This document shows positions 10,901 to 18,782 of a stretch of 35,073 bases of DNA, in pieces. This DNA is from a virus. Taxonomy: Duplodnaviria; Caudoviricetes. The stretch's first letter is position 1. Each line of letters starts with the position of its first letter. The notes under the pieces were generated by a model. The model did no database searches, was not told the DNA's origin, and saw only the letters and a list, made by a program, of their open reading frames with translations. Where the stretch lies: IMG/VR virus record IMGVR_UViG_3300042288_000046, positions 1-35,073 of that record; one strand, 5' to 3'. A program made the position numbers and the translations under genes.

Positions 10901-11645
10901 TAGCGCTTCTTACAATCCAACGGGTGTTAACGCATCACAGGCTGCATTTAAGAATACTCAGAAGTACAGCGGTTTGATTAGCAAAATTGGTCAGACTACA
11001 CCTGAAATGATTGGCTTCTTGGTCAATGACCCTGATGGCAAGTATGATTTCTCAGAGGCTGTGTACGCATGGCAGTATGGCAATGCACCTGTTCCTGGTT
11101 CTACAGAGAACTACAGAGGTCGCCGCAACCCAGCAGACTTGAAGAAGGATGCTAATGTAAAGATGGGTTGGATTGAGTTCCGTAAGAATATGAACCTTTT
11201 GGACTCACAACTATTTGCACAGGGCTACACATCATTCAATGACAATGGTGCTGAGGAACTACAGACCCTTAAGCAGATGATGGTTGCTGACATGACTAAC
11301 CGCAATAAAGATTGGGCTGCTGACTACTACAGCGTAGATAGAGGCAAGTGGATTTATCGCATGCAGTCTATGACTACCATGCTTTCAGACCCAACATGGA
11401 TGAAGGAAAACGGTAACCGACCTGTTGTTCAATCTATCGCTGTATATCTAAATCTACGCAGCCAGATTGCCAGAGAGTTAGCAAGCCGTAAGGCATACGG
11501 AATGTCATCCACCCTAACAGCAAAAGATAACTCAGACCTTGATGGTTTGTGGAATCAGACTATCGCTCAACTTCTTCAAGGCTCTGGTGAGTTTGAAGAT
11601 TTCTATAACCGTTTCTTGCAAAATGACCCTGTGACATTGGGATAG
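4908..11645 (+). CDS. Giant internal virion/ejection (polyvalent) protein containing ADP-ribosyltransferase domain(s)
   Basis: 2245 aa in the structural operon; VIP2/Alt-like motifs YRG (7524), FVSTS (STS at 7602), ESEVLL (7854); YHGT motif at 7128; helical C-terminal part (FIMPFFNAWEN) reminiscent of podovirus internal proteins. Confidence 0.8.
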   Translation: MSFSETLGGFAKKLQGNGFANDIGLPTLLFDLASVSSNDKNWVGDAFNIAGDTFRSSVLAASFPIRKASGFAIQKALLPAAQLSYETGGRYLREPLSAALTTLATGDVKKSWENRDEISPGQALAYLQSRFPVTGNAVMGFDEGFDIFNPNDRKDFETDWNLRTITGAYDTFFTTVTDPLGKIGKAAGLARKALVTRPMGAVDANASTLARDFFMPKSIRKTTIISPETLARTINEGREEGGELYNTLSWFAKSDQVSSRSHPTVELSNDADTLSYLLGEAKTVDDVADTFMATALKDKEAMARLVAKRKDLAFVMDKIKDTSTTELNMLDNIPTNGIVDDINKLDSADALVKNLDEDVYFRYLTTLNDKGADLTKRTFGASPFEKMAINRAERRAAGIRGKVDDIDSPTSFPTVGYFQPTKYHPLVAVVNFGVKKVGDAFQEKPAGYINLNDSDSYNEIAAFGNLLRRVVGDEANPIVQRHLNDYIQSGGTPELRARVVESFEDLAITSINRKLGISDEAGAQIWGAYKSRRETARSMIKDRKFLMTNDDVILKIPYLERQGANALPMVDLENYERVLMKNKGLLKALEGGFDVVDPDSWRYTTGIMNDMWKASVLLRLGYTVRNVSEGALSIMAKGYGLMALGDLNREGFDAWYSNRVRDIERITDRRLVSQGAREDSIQLRRLFAEKQYEFGAADRMYNELLAYLPAAERAFLNGKLDEAQLKEIIDVFQYATGEYLYHGTPTPINGLDNTRPFAMSLSQDIANRYADAAMPTVSAADIYKRMTGRAGRLPKNIERSAADEIGSEAIIDRLSEDEFLELTEYVAGNFQDIQAGLRDANFAISRGRNIPELPKTLQRTIQRSVLKEPLTVYRGTTNPRNIFANAQVGDIIEEPAFVSTSYSDDVARNFATPNPLNKIPTLNTNLKPGEDMFIPGEETISTQIKMKLPKGLNGLDVGATYQDFSNKTGTQISRETLMMVNRESEVLLPAGTKFRVISRGGNVDSGFVVTVEAILPKAAPKQKPSLAMETIGADMRDGFINTVNNGNQVELLNPQTGQWRTIDPNTVSQKMLVQGTFRIRKPGNQGAVLGNKVYGESIDLRLFQGNRAKLGLKDYPELQKILGVGETAGWKTRAAWEGKEDQLLGWMRANGVGKLVLPDTKANGNATVLVDPEMVEAFGEQPAVLLAEKRLNAIKNQQQLLSDESRVAKLIEDTIKNGGATVSFTGDVPTSGFSVAIRGATHTFSVEDARNNPQAWIDSMAEHFEKNLEKFGTADHFGTWVQDIDGVPHIWADPTNVIVDKAKAAKLGLERNQVEVADLAAIQKGDWDNAMINTKGTGDKNASAEFALGQGTKASIGNVPGGTQGVRRVIGTEGFGKRIDELEAILSTRKYPTDGLVSLVREFADGQAAAKRDMNGLLSRLDARLVEEGRIAAPRQIQGTGRRTERLYDGSMVEFDDSFRGEGGAILLSQTDNAQTYRNFVDHPSQLFAAEHSNFTEARLTAKMPEYYTGYANQLNSFFRSPDGRIDPIVEMFLNGMKPEQAVAWLRKPENVAYARKFNIDVPGIKVMSERLNVSMDAEDFVGDLYSAYQRYLPDNEVQEAFRAGDATEQWLRTHFTDNPNMPDIIGRIVPTSQEARTWQEGMSKVVERAFHFLGSLPETTVARHPLARQIYRAEYKNRLDIALATKRLNEGDAAELTVDDINNLRGQVIEATRKEVNSTLFTIIRKSYAGEKMRFIMPFFNAWENTIRRWYGLTKDNPAVVARAGQVISSLRNQPNVVDQDGNQTTEFSYDNKIVLPMPEGAIKTVSMIPGWGKGMAEALRSSGTQMSIPIRSLDILFQGEAIAGFGPIVTMPVNEIVKIKPDLEDLVTSTVLPVLPFGPQEGFLRQLFPPAAQKLISLRGQDEAWSRTFNTVYRYELIRFNLGERNTLPELGEIKTMADNLYKVKMLSNLVMPFAAQYDSTLSFYTQQFRRLQQVYGQDAEALFLEMYPEMSPALISASYNPTGVNASQAAFKNTQKYSGLISKIGQTTPEMIGFLVNDPDGKYDFSEAVYAWQYGNAPVPGSTENYRGRRNPADLKKDANVKMGWIEFRKNMNLLDSQLFAQGYTSFNDNGAEELQTLKQMMVADMTNRNKDWAADYYSVDRGKWIYRMQSMTTMLSDPTWMKENGNRPVVQSIAVYLNLRSQIARELASRKAYGMSSTLTAKDNSDLDGLWNQTIAQLLQGSGEFEDFYNRFLQNDPVTLG

Positions 11646-11649
11646 GACT

Positions 11650-12750
11650 ATGGACGAAAAAGTAATATATCAGATACTTAAAGAGGAAAATCCTACTTGG
11701 TCAGAGAGCAAACTTCGTTCTGCCGCAACAGATATTGCAGCCAACCCAAAGGTGCTTGAGGCTGGTGCTGGTGGTTTAAGAAAAGCAGTTGTTAGTTTAG
11801 CAAAGACATTTCTTAAGAAGCCAACTAAGAAGCAGGTATTGCTTGGCGGTGGAGCACTTGGTCTTGGTGGTTTAGCCGTACAGGGTGGTGGAGATTCAGG
11901 CGTGCCTGATGCTACAGCAGCACAAGCCAACACAGACCTTATGATGGCAGCAGCACAATATGAGGCAGCAGGTGGAGACATCAATGCCCTTGCAAATACT
12001 GCAGCAGGTAAGCAACTGTTTAGCAATCCAAACTTTAGTCTTGGTTCTATTATGAATAGCGGAAGTTTTGCAAACCTAACCACTGGCGGTGTTTACACAG
12101 GCAAGCCAGTAACTGTAAGCGAGTATCAATGGGGTAGCGGAGGCGCTAAGCCTAAGACAACTATGAAAGATGTTGTTTCATTGACAGACTGGAAGAATCA
12201 ATTTCCTATTGCAGACCCAAAGGCTTTGTCTCAATGGAAGGCAACTCTTGTATCTGCTGGTGTAGTTAGCGCAAGCGCAGGCTTGGCTGAACTTAAGCAA
12301 CAATGGGAAGCATGGGGGCAGGCATCACAAGATGCTGGTCGCCAAGGACAGAAGTTAACTCCTTACCAACTCCTTGACATCCAACGCGGACTATGGGGTG
12401 GTGGCGGAAAAGACTACTCCACTTCATACCAGGTTAATCTTCTTAAAGAAGAAAATGTTAAGTCTATGTACAAGGCTGCCAGAGAACAAGAGGCAGGTCT
12501 TGTCGTAGGAGATGAGCAGGCTGCTGCATTTGCAGAGCGTATTAAGGCTCGCCAAATGGCAACACCTACAAAGACTGAGTACAAGAAGATTAAGGGCAAG
12601 ATGACACCTGTAACCACACCAGGTTTCGGTGAAGCAGAGACTGCTGCTGCCGCTTTAGAACTTGCTAAGAAAGACCCACTATATGCAGAATTCCAAACAG
12701 CAAATGTGTTTGGTTCAGCACTTGAGAAGGCATTGGGGATTAGACCATAA
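11650..12750 (+). CDS. Putative internal virion protein
   Basis: 366 aa; Gly-rich hydrophobic segment LLGGGALGLGGLAV; tightly packed in the structural operon. Confidence 0.6.
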   Translation: MDEKVIYQILKEENPTWSESKLRSAATDIAANPKVLEAGAGGLRKAVVSLAKTFLKKPTKKQVLLGGGALGLGGLAVQGGGDSGVPDATAAQANTDLMMAAAQYEAAGGDINALANTAAGKQLFSNPNFSLGSIMNSGSFANLTTGGVYTGKPVTVSEYQWGSGGAKPKTTMKDVVSLTDWKNQFPIADPKALSQWKATLVSAGVVSASAGLAELKQQWEAWGQASQDAGRQGQKLTPYQLLDIQRGLWGGGGKDYSTSYQVNLLKEENVKSMYKAAREQEAGLVVGDEQAAAFAERIKARQMATPTKTEYKKIKGKMTPVTTPGFGEAETAAAALELAKKDPLYAEFQTANVFGSALEKALGIRP

Positions 12751-13733
12751 TGGTAGATACAACAACTATTCAAGGTATTAACGCTGCAAGCGCAGCGGAC
12801 CCATTTGGTCAAAGCAAAGGCGACAAGTCTGTACCAACAATGACGACTTGGATTGTCAACCTGCTCAAGAATGTTCCTGAACTTAAGAACATCTACGACT
12901 CAGTACGCAACCCAGATGGTAGTTTTAATAGAACTATTGATGCCATTGTAGATATGATTAACAGCAGTTCTTGGTACCTAGATAATGGACCAACTGTTGC
13001 TGCAAATGTTGCTGCACGCTATAAGTTTGGTGAGAAATACTACAACCAAAAGGTTGGTCAGTACAAGATTACTATCTCTGGTCTTGCTACAGCCATTGGC
13101 TTAGATGTTAATGACCCAACTATTGCTGACTACCTAGAGGGCTTGGCGGAAACATCATTCCTTAATGGCTGGGATGATGACTACATTGAGAATACAATCA
13201 TCGGCAATGCTGATATTGTTAATAAAATCGGTGGCGGTGCCTACGAAAAGTCAGTACAAGACTTGGCTCAATATGGAAATCTTATGGGTTTTACACTCAG
13301 CGATACAACAAGAAAAGATTACCAGCGCCGTCTTATTGGTGAAATAACCGAAGGTGGACTTCGCTCTCGTTCTACACCAGAACAGATTAAAAAAGAAATT
13401 CGTGATAAGCAGGCTTTGCTTTATCCAATGTTTGCTGATGACTTTGCAGTAGGTCGTACCCTTTGGGATGTAACAGCATCACAGCGTAAGAAGTGGGCTG
13501 ACCTTCTTGAGCAAAACGAAGATGACCTTGACTGGAATGACCCACTGTGGAAGGATGGCAAAATCTTTACTATGGTTGACGAGAAAACTGGCAAAGTTGT
13601 TGCTCGTCCAGCATGGGATGCCGAAAAACTTATCAAGCAAGATGAGCGTTGGCAGTACACAGAAAATGCCACAAAGACCTACGACAAGTGGGGTACTGCA
13701 ATTCTTACTAAATTTGGAATGGCGGCTATCTAA
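12750..13733 (+). CDS. Putative internal virion protein
   Basis: 327 aa; TAATG stop/start coupling on both sides. Confidence 0.6.
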   Translation: MVDTTTIQGINAASAADPFGQSKGDKSVPTMTTWIVNLLKNVPELKNIYDSVRNPDGSFNRTIDAIVDMINSSSWYLDNGPTVAANVAARYKFGEKYYNQKVGQYKITISGLATAIGLDVNDPTIADYLEGLAETSFLNGWDDDYIENTIIGNADIVNKIGGGAYEKSVQDLAQYGNLMGFTLSDTTRKDYQRRLIGEITEGGLRSRSTPEQIKKEIRDKQALLYPMFADDFAVGRTLWDVTASQRKKWADLLEQNEDDLDWNDPLWKDGKIFTMVDEKTGKVVARPAWDAEKLIKQDERWQYTENATKTYDKWGTAILTKFGMAAI

Positions 13734-15106
13734 TGTTTAACTTTAATCAACAAGTATCTGATGGCGGCGGTTCACTAACTGCTGACGAAGTATTATTAGG
13801 CAGAGCACAGGCTCAACTAGAAAAATCAAAAGCCCGTCTTGCTGAGTTAGAAAAACAACAGAAGGCTGAAAATGTTGCCAAAGGATTAAATCCTGATGGA
13901 AGCAAAAAAACTAACACGCAACTTCTTCAAGAAAGACAAGCAAAAGAAGAAGCAGACAGAGCGGCTTTAGCAGCAAGCAATCCATTATTTAATAAGGCTT
14001 CAAAGCCAACCGATGCGCCTGCTGGTATGTACTACCAATGGATTGGTGGAACTAATACAGGTCAATGGCAACTCTATAAGATTCCTGCAAGCAGCACTAC
14101 TCAAAGTTCTGGGTTTACACCAACCCCTACCCCTACTCCAACATCAACAACGACTACTAAAGCAATTACTCAGGCAGATGTAGATGCAGCGGTTACTAAA
14201 GCGGTTGCTGATGCTACTGCAAAGACTGATGCATTGATTGCACAGCAAAAAGCAGATGCTGCTGCGGCTAAGTTTGCTACAAAAACAAAAGCATCTGACC
14301 GCCTTAAGTCTATGTTTGATGCTGTTGGCTTAGCAAGCCTTGCTCCTTTTATTAACAAACGAATTATGGAAGATGCTTCTGAGGAAGCAGTGCTTCTTGA
14401 ACTCTATGACCAACCAGAATATCAAGCGCGTTTTCCAGGCATGAAAGCATTGCGCTCTAAAGGTAAGACAATTACCGAAGCCGAATACATCAAGGATGAA
14501 AAAGCATTTGCTCAGACAGCACGCTTCTTTGATGTACCAGTAGGTTTCTATGACACGCCTGATGATTTTGGAAAACTTATTGGAAACCTAGTTGCACCAA
14601 AAGAATTCCAAGACCGCTTACAGATAGGTCAGGACTTGGCTCGCGCTATGTCTCCAGGTCTTAGAACACAACTACAAGAGTTGTACAACATTGGAGAAGG
14701 TGGCATTACTGCCTATGTTCTTGATTCAGATAGAGCACTTCCACTTCTCCAGAAGCAAGCAAAGGCTGCACAGTTTGTTGGCTTTGGTCGTGAAAAGGGC
14801 TTTAAGTTAGAAGGCATTACTGCTGCTGAGGCAGAACAGATTGCTGGAACAGAAGCATATTCCAAACTATCAGCACAACAAATGCAGACATCACTTGCTC
14901 AAGCAGCACGATTACGCGAAACCCAATCACGCCTTACAGGAATTGAAGGTGAAGTTTACAACGAGGGTGAAGCGTTAAAGGCTGTTATTGAAGGAAGCCC
15001 AGAAGCGCTGCTTGCATCACAACAAAGAGCACAGCGCGAAGGCGCACGCTTTGGTGGTGGTGCTGGAGTAACTGGCTCATCACTTCGTTCAACACCAGGA
15101 ATATAA
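13733..15106 (+). CDS. Putative internal virion protein with a PT-repeat linker
   Basis: 457 aa; coiled-coil N-terminus, TPTPTPTPT linker, helical Ala/Gln-rich C-terminus. Confidence 0.6.
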   Translation: MFNFNQQVSDGGGSLTADEVLLGRAQAQLEKSKARLAELEKQQKAENVAKGLNPDGSKKTNTQLLQERQAKEEADRAALAASNPLFNKASKPTDAPAGMYYQWIGGTNTGQWQLYKIPASSTTQSSGFTPTPTPTPTSTTTTKAITQADVDAAVTKAVADATAKTDALIAQQKADAAAAKFATKTKASDRLKSMFDAVGLASLAPFINKRIMEDASEEAVLLELYDQPEYQARFPGMKALRSKGKTITEAEYIKDEKAFAQTARFFDVPVGFYDTPDDFGKLIGNLVAPKEFQDRLQIGQDLARAMSPGLRTQLQELYNIGEGGITAYVLDSDRALPLLQKQAKAAQFVGFGREKGFKLEGITAAEAEQIAGTEAYSKLSAQQMQTSLAQAARLRETQSRLTGIEGEVYNEGEALKAVIEGSPEALLASQQRAQREGARFGGGAGVTGSSLRSTPGI

Positions 15107-15112
15107 AAGAAT

Positions 15113-15198
15113 CCCCACCGTGACCGACTAGCCCACGGGGGCGTACAAGTCTAGGAGCAATAGCCAATTTAGTTTCCCCGAACTTCATTGTGGATTGC
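15113..15198 (+). ncRNA. Candidate structured cis-regulatory RNA upstream of scaffold/MCP
   Basis: Two stem-loops (CCGTG/CACGG; GCAAT/ATTGC with inner AGTT/AACT) and possible loop pairings. Confidence 0.45.
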
Positions 15199-15229
15199 GA
15201 ATACAACTACTAACAAGGGAGATAGGCTG

Positions 15230-15688
15230 ATGCCTACAAATTACCAGTTCGATGACGAAGATGACATTGACACATCAACAGATGTGGTGTCTCAACTCCG
15301 TAAGGTAAACCGTGCGCTTGAAAAGCGTACAAAAGAACTAGAACAGGAGTTGGGTGGTCTTAAATCACAGACCCGTCAACGAACTGTCAAGGATGTATTA
15401 CAGGCAAAGGGATTAAACCCAAAGATTGCAGTATTCATACCACAAGATGTAGATACCTCTGAGGAGGCTATTACTGCGTGGGTAGATGAATACGGAGATG
15501 TCTTTGGTGTACAGCCCGCTCAAACAAATGAAGCGCCAACACAAAAGGGTCCAGACCTCTCAGCACAACACCGTATGAACAATGTCGTATCAACTGGCTC
15601 AATGCCAAGTATTGATGAGGACATGTTCGCCAAGGTCGCAGGTGTAAAGAGTAAAGAGGACCTAGATGCACTCCTTGGACTTAACTAA
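15230..15688 (+). CDS. Capsid scaffolding protein
   Basis: Acidic N-terminus, coiled coil (LRKVNRALEKRTKELEQEL), immediately upstream of MCP; ATG 15230 after AAGGGAG. Confidence 0.75.
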   Translation: MPTNYQFDDEDDIDTSTDVVSQLRKVNRALEKRTKELEQELGGLKSQTRQRTVKDVLQAKGLNPKIAVFIPQDVDTSEEAITAWVDEYGDVFGVQPAQTNEAPTQKGPDLSAQHRMNNVVSTGSMPSIDEDMFAKVAGVKSKEDLDALLGLN

Positions 15689-15724
15689 TAAACAAACATC
15701 AACCAATCACCAGGAGGTGAACAC

Positions 15725-16897
15725 ATGGCATATAACGACACTACCTCGATGGCGGGACTCGTCAAAACAGCGTATGACCGTTATGTAGAATTCGCACTTC
15801 GTGCCCAGCCAATGATTCGTGCAGTGGCTGACAAGCGCCCAGTGCAGCAGGCGATGCCAGGTTCAAGCGTTGTATTCTCACTTTACAATGACTTAGCACC
15901 AGCAACATCTGCTCTATCAGAGACATCAGATGTAGATGCAGTAGCACTACCAGATGTCAACACAGTTTCTGTAACTCTAAATGAGCAAGGAAACTCATCA
16001 CTTACAACTCGCAAGTTAGAGTTGTTCTCACTTTCAGATGTTGACCCAGCAATCGCTGACATCATCGCATACAACATGGCTGACTCACTAGATGTCATCG
16101 CCCAGACACCACTTCGTCAGGGTACAAATGTTATCTACTCAGGTACAGCAACATCAACAGCAACAATCACAGCAGGTATGACAATCACATCTGCTAACCT
16201 TCGTAAGGCAGTTGCTAAGTTGCGTACAAACAAGGCTGTTCCTCGTCAGGGAAGCCTATACTGGGCAGGTATTCACCCAGAAGTTTCACACGACCTTCGT
16301 GCTGAGACAGGCAATGTTGGATGGCGTGACATCCACACTCACACAGAGCAGTCACAGGGCAACCTATGGGCTGGCACAATCGGTACATACGAAGGTGCTT
16401 TCTATGTAGAAAACCCACGCATGTTCTCTGAGAAGGCTGGCGCTGACCAGACTGCTCTTGCAACAACAGCAGTAACAGTCGCTGGTACATCAGCAGGCTT
16501 TACATTCGGTGTTGCTTCAACAGCCGTCATTGCTTCTCGTGCAGAAGTTGGCGACAAGATTGCAGGAACAGGTATCGCTTCTGGTGCCAAGATTACTGCT
16601 ATCACAACATCAGGTTCAACAACAACATTTACTGTTGACACAGCAAACACTGCTGCTGTCACAGCAACAACTGTTGTAACCGTTACACCAGTAACAGAAG
16701 TATTCGACACAATTCTCTGCGGTAAGCAGGCATTGGCGGAGGCTGTGGCTCAAGAGCCAGGCGTTGTTATTGGTAATGTGACTGACCGCTTGATGCGTTT
16801 CCGCCCAATCGGATGGTACGGCGTACTTGGTTTCGCCCGCTACCGTGAGGCTGCGCTATATCGCATTGAATCAGGCTCATCAATCGCTGCACTTTAA
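15725..16897 (+). CDS. Major capsid protein (N4-gp56-like, HK97 fold)
   Basis: Strong SD AGGAGGTG; IHPEVSHDLR, GTIGTYEGA, C-terminal DRLMRFRPIGWYGVLGFARYREAAL typical of this MCP family. Confidence 0.9.
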   Translation: MAYNDTTSMAGLVKTAYDRYVEFALRAQPMIRAVADKRPVQQAMPGSSVVFSLYNDLAPATSALSETSDVDAVALPDVNTVSVTLNEQGNSSLTTRKLELFSLSDVDPAIADIIAYNMADSLDVIAQTPLRQGTNVIYSGTATSTATITAGMTITSANLRKAVAKLRTNKAVPRQGSLYWAGIHPEVSHDLRAETGNVGWRDIHTHTEQSQGNLWAGTIGTYEGAFYVENPRMFSEKAGADQTALATTAVTVAGTSAGFTFGVASTAVIASRAEVGDKIAGTGIASGAKITAITTSGSTTTFTVDTANTAAVTATTVVTVTPVTEVFDTILCGKQALAEAVAQEPGVVIGNVTDRLMRFRPIGWYGVLGFARYREAALYRIESGSSIAAL

Positions 16898-16904
16898 TCG
16901 TGCG

Positions 16905-16940
16905 GGAGGGGTGGGGCGAAAGCCCTGCCCCTTCACTTAT
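16905..16940 (+). terminator. Stem-loop after MCP (probable leaky terminator)
   Basis: GGAGGGGTGGGGC-GAAA-GCCCTGCCCCTTC, GNRA loop, weak U-tract. Confidence 0.7.
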
Positions 16941-16955
16941 TAGTAAGGACAAACA

Positions 16956-17216
16956 ATGACTCAGTATAAATTCACAACACCAACTGTTGAGGAAACTCCA
17001 ATGGGTGAAGGAGTATTGTTTGAGCGTTACACCATCACACGAGGTGTCACTGTGATGCGGCATAATGGTATCTACTCCTCTTACCGATACCCAAGTCAGA
17101 CAGAAACCCTATCTGCACAAGAACTGTATATGGGTGGAACTGTCACTGTTATTGACCAGGCAACCGCTGATGCCCTAACAGCACAGGGATACGGCGCTTA
17201 CATAGAGGCTATCTAA
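16956..17216 (+). CDS. Hypothetical protein
   Basis: 86 aa, SD AAGGA. Confidence 0.75.
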   Translation: MTQYKFTTPTVEETPMGEGVLFERYTITRGVTVMRHNGIYSSYRYPSQTETLSAQELYMGGTVTVIDQATADALTAQGYGAYIEAI

Positions 17217-17485
17217 TGAATTTACATCAAAGACAAACGCACCCTGAATATATTGAAGGATGCTTTGGATGCAAAGTTACAACCCTTGAAATGGGAGTAG
17301 GCGATGCCAACTCTAAGGTAGCAATGTCTACAAGCAAGTGGGATGCAGAACTAAAAGCCTATAAGGATGCTCGTGCTCAAGGTATTCAACCAGCAGGAAC
17401 AACCATGGCAAAGGTTCAAGAAGCGGTAAGAATTTCCGACAAGGTTGGTAAAGCCTTTGACGGTAATACGGGAACATTCAAATAG
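17216..17485 (+). CDS. Hypothetical protein with possible Zn site (H...H...CxxC)
   Basis: HQRQTHPEYIEGCFGC; stop/start coupled. Confidence 0.75.
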   Translation: MNLHQRQTHPEYIEGCFGCKVTTLEMGVGDANSKVAMSTSKWDAELKAYKDARAQGIQPAGTTMAKVQEAVRISDKVGKAFDGNTGTFK

Positions 17486-17493
17486 GAGGAGCC

Positions 17494-17751
17494 ATGGCTG
17501 CTAGAAAGAAACCAGCAAGTAACAAGGTGCAAAAGGTTCAGGTTATTGATGATAACTACTCACCTTTAGAGCAGTACTGCATAGCCCTAAATGAATACTG
17601 GAAGGCGCTTAAGAAGGCAGGCTTCCCTGAGTCAATCTGTATGACACTCATCATGGATAGAGATTCATACCCTGATTGGATTCTTCCTAAGCCAATTAAC
17701 CCAACCGATATACCACTGTTCGACCCCTACGAAGATGAAGATGAGGACTAA
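17494..17751 (+). CDS. Hypothetical protein
   Basis: 85 aa, SD GGAGGAG, acidic C-terminus. Confidence 0.75.
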   Translation: MAARKKPASNKVQKVQVIDDNYSPLEQYCIALNEYWKALKKAGFPESICMTLIMDRDSYPDWILPKPINPTDIPLFDPYEDEDED

Positions 17752-17753
17752 TT

Positions 17754-17933
17754 ATGTGCATTAAATGTGGATGCTACGGCTCAGTAAACCCCTACGGTGT
17801 AGGTGGTCGCGCACTAAACGCTGCTCCAGCAGAGGCAAACATTGCCTTGTATAACAACATCAAGATTGTTCGCATTGGCGAAGAAGGACCTATGGCAGAA
17901 AAGGATGACAAGAATGAAGAAAAGTACTCCTAA
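17754..17933 (+). CDS. Small Cys-containing hypothetical protein (59 aa, MCIKCGC...)
   Basis: Translated by hand; GAGGA upstream; fills the gap between neighbours. Confidence 0.6.
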   Translation: MCIKCGCYGSVNPYGVGGRALNAAPAEANIALYNNIKIVRIGEEGPMAEKDDKNEEKYS

Positions 17934-18096
17934 GAAAGACAAGGTTGCCAAGGTAATGGGTGAGTTTAAACGCGGAACCCTTAACGCAGGCAAAGACCCA
18001 AAGGGTCCAAAGAAGGCACCAGTAGTCAAGAACCGCAAGCAGGCAATCGCTATTGCATTGTCTCAGGCTGGCAAGGCTAAGAAGCGTGCCAAGTAA
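17914..18096 (+). CDS. Small basic protein (DUF6496-like)
   Basis: KVAKVMGEFKRGTL...RKQAIAIALSQA motif; ATG 17914 favoured over the ORF track start 17842. Confidence 0.7.
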   Translation: MKKSTPKKDKVAKVMGEFKRGTLNAGKDPKGPKKAPVVKNRKQAIAIALSQAGKAKKRAK

Positions 18097-18352
18097 AAAA
18101 GATTCACGGTTGGCACGAGCAGGAGTATCTGGTTTTAATAAACCAAAGCGTACTCCTTCTCACCCAACTAAGTCACATGTTGTGGTTGCCAAAGAAGGCA
18201 ATCAAGTTAAGACCATTCGATTTGGTCAGCAGGGCGTAACTGGCGATAGAAAGCCAACAGCCCGTCAAGCATCATTCAAAGCACGCCATGCTAAGAACAT
18301 TGCCAAAGGCAAGATGAGCGCGGCGTTCTGGGCGAATAAGGTGAAGTGGTGA
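18086..18352 (+). CDS. Small basic phage protein
   Basis: KSHVVVAK...IRFGQQG...SFKARH...SAAFWANKVKW, a pattern common in aquatic phages; GTG start. Confidence 0.75.
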   Translation: MPSKKDSRLARAGVSGFNKPKRTPSHPTKSHVVVAKEGNQVKTIRFGQQGVTGDRKPTARQASFKARHAKNIAKGKMSAAFWANKVKW

Positions 18353-18507
18353 AGAAGAAAGCATTTTGGGATACAAAGAATCCTAACAAGAAATCAAAAC
18401 CTTTAACTGCATCTCAGAAGGCAAAGGCTAAGGCATCAGCAAAGAAGGCTGGTCGTCCTTATCCAAACCTTGTAGACAACGCAGCAGCGAAGCGAAAGGC
18501 TAAGTAA
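18349..18507 (+). CDS. Small Lys-rich protein (52 aa, ...AGRPYPNLVDN...)
   Basis: Translated by hand; GTGA and TAATG overlaps with both neighbours. Confidence 0.7.
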   Translation: MKKKAFWDTKNPNKKSKPLTASQKAKAKASAKKAGRPYPNLVDNAAAKRKAK

Positions 18508-18782
18508 TGGCAACAGGAGCAGCAGGAAGTTCATTAGCAGACGAACTTAATCGTCTTGCAAACGGTGGCACATATCCAGTAATGACAGCATACAAAGTAG
18601 AACAAGGTGCTGCTAATGCATGGGCTGGTACATCTGGTCTGGGTCTTATTGCTGCTCTTAATTACAAGGCTGATTCAACTCGCCAGCCAGATGATTACAA
18701 AGACTATAACGCCATCTGTAATGAGTTAGCAGGAACCACTGGATTATCAGGAGTCGTAGCCCTAAGGAGCATTAACCTATGA
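18507..18782 (+). CDS. Hypothetical protein, probably virion-associated
   Basis: 91 aa with a weak internal duplication (ELNRLA...GTSGLG / CNELAGTTGLS). Confidence 0.7.
   Translation: MATGAAGSSLADELNRLANGGTYPVMTAYKVEQGAANAWAGTSGLGLIAALNYKADSTRQPDDYKDYNAICNELAGTTGLSGVVALRSINL

Noticed and set aside
17216-17933. WhiB-family regulator among the small Cys-containing ORFs
   Set aside because: Neither ORF has the four-Cys spacing plus G(V/I)WGG signature
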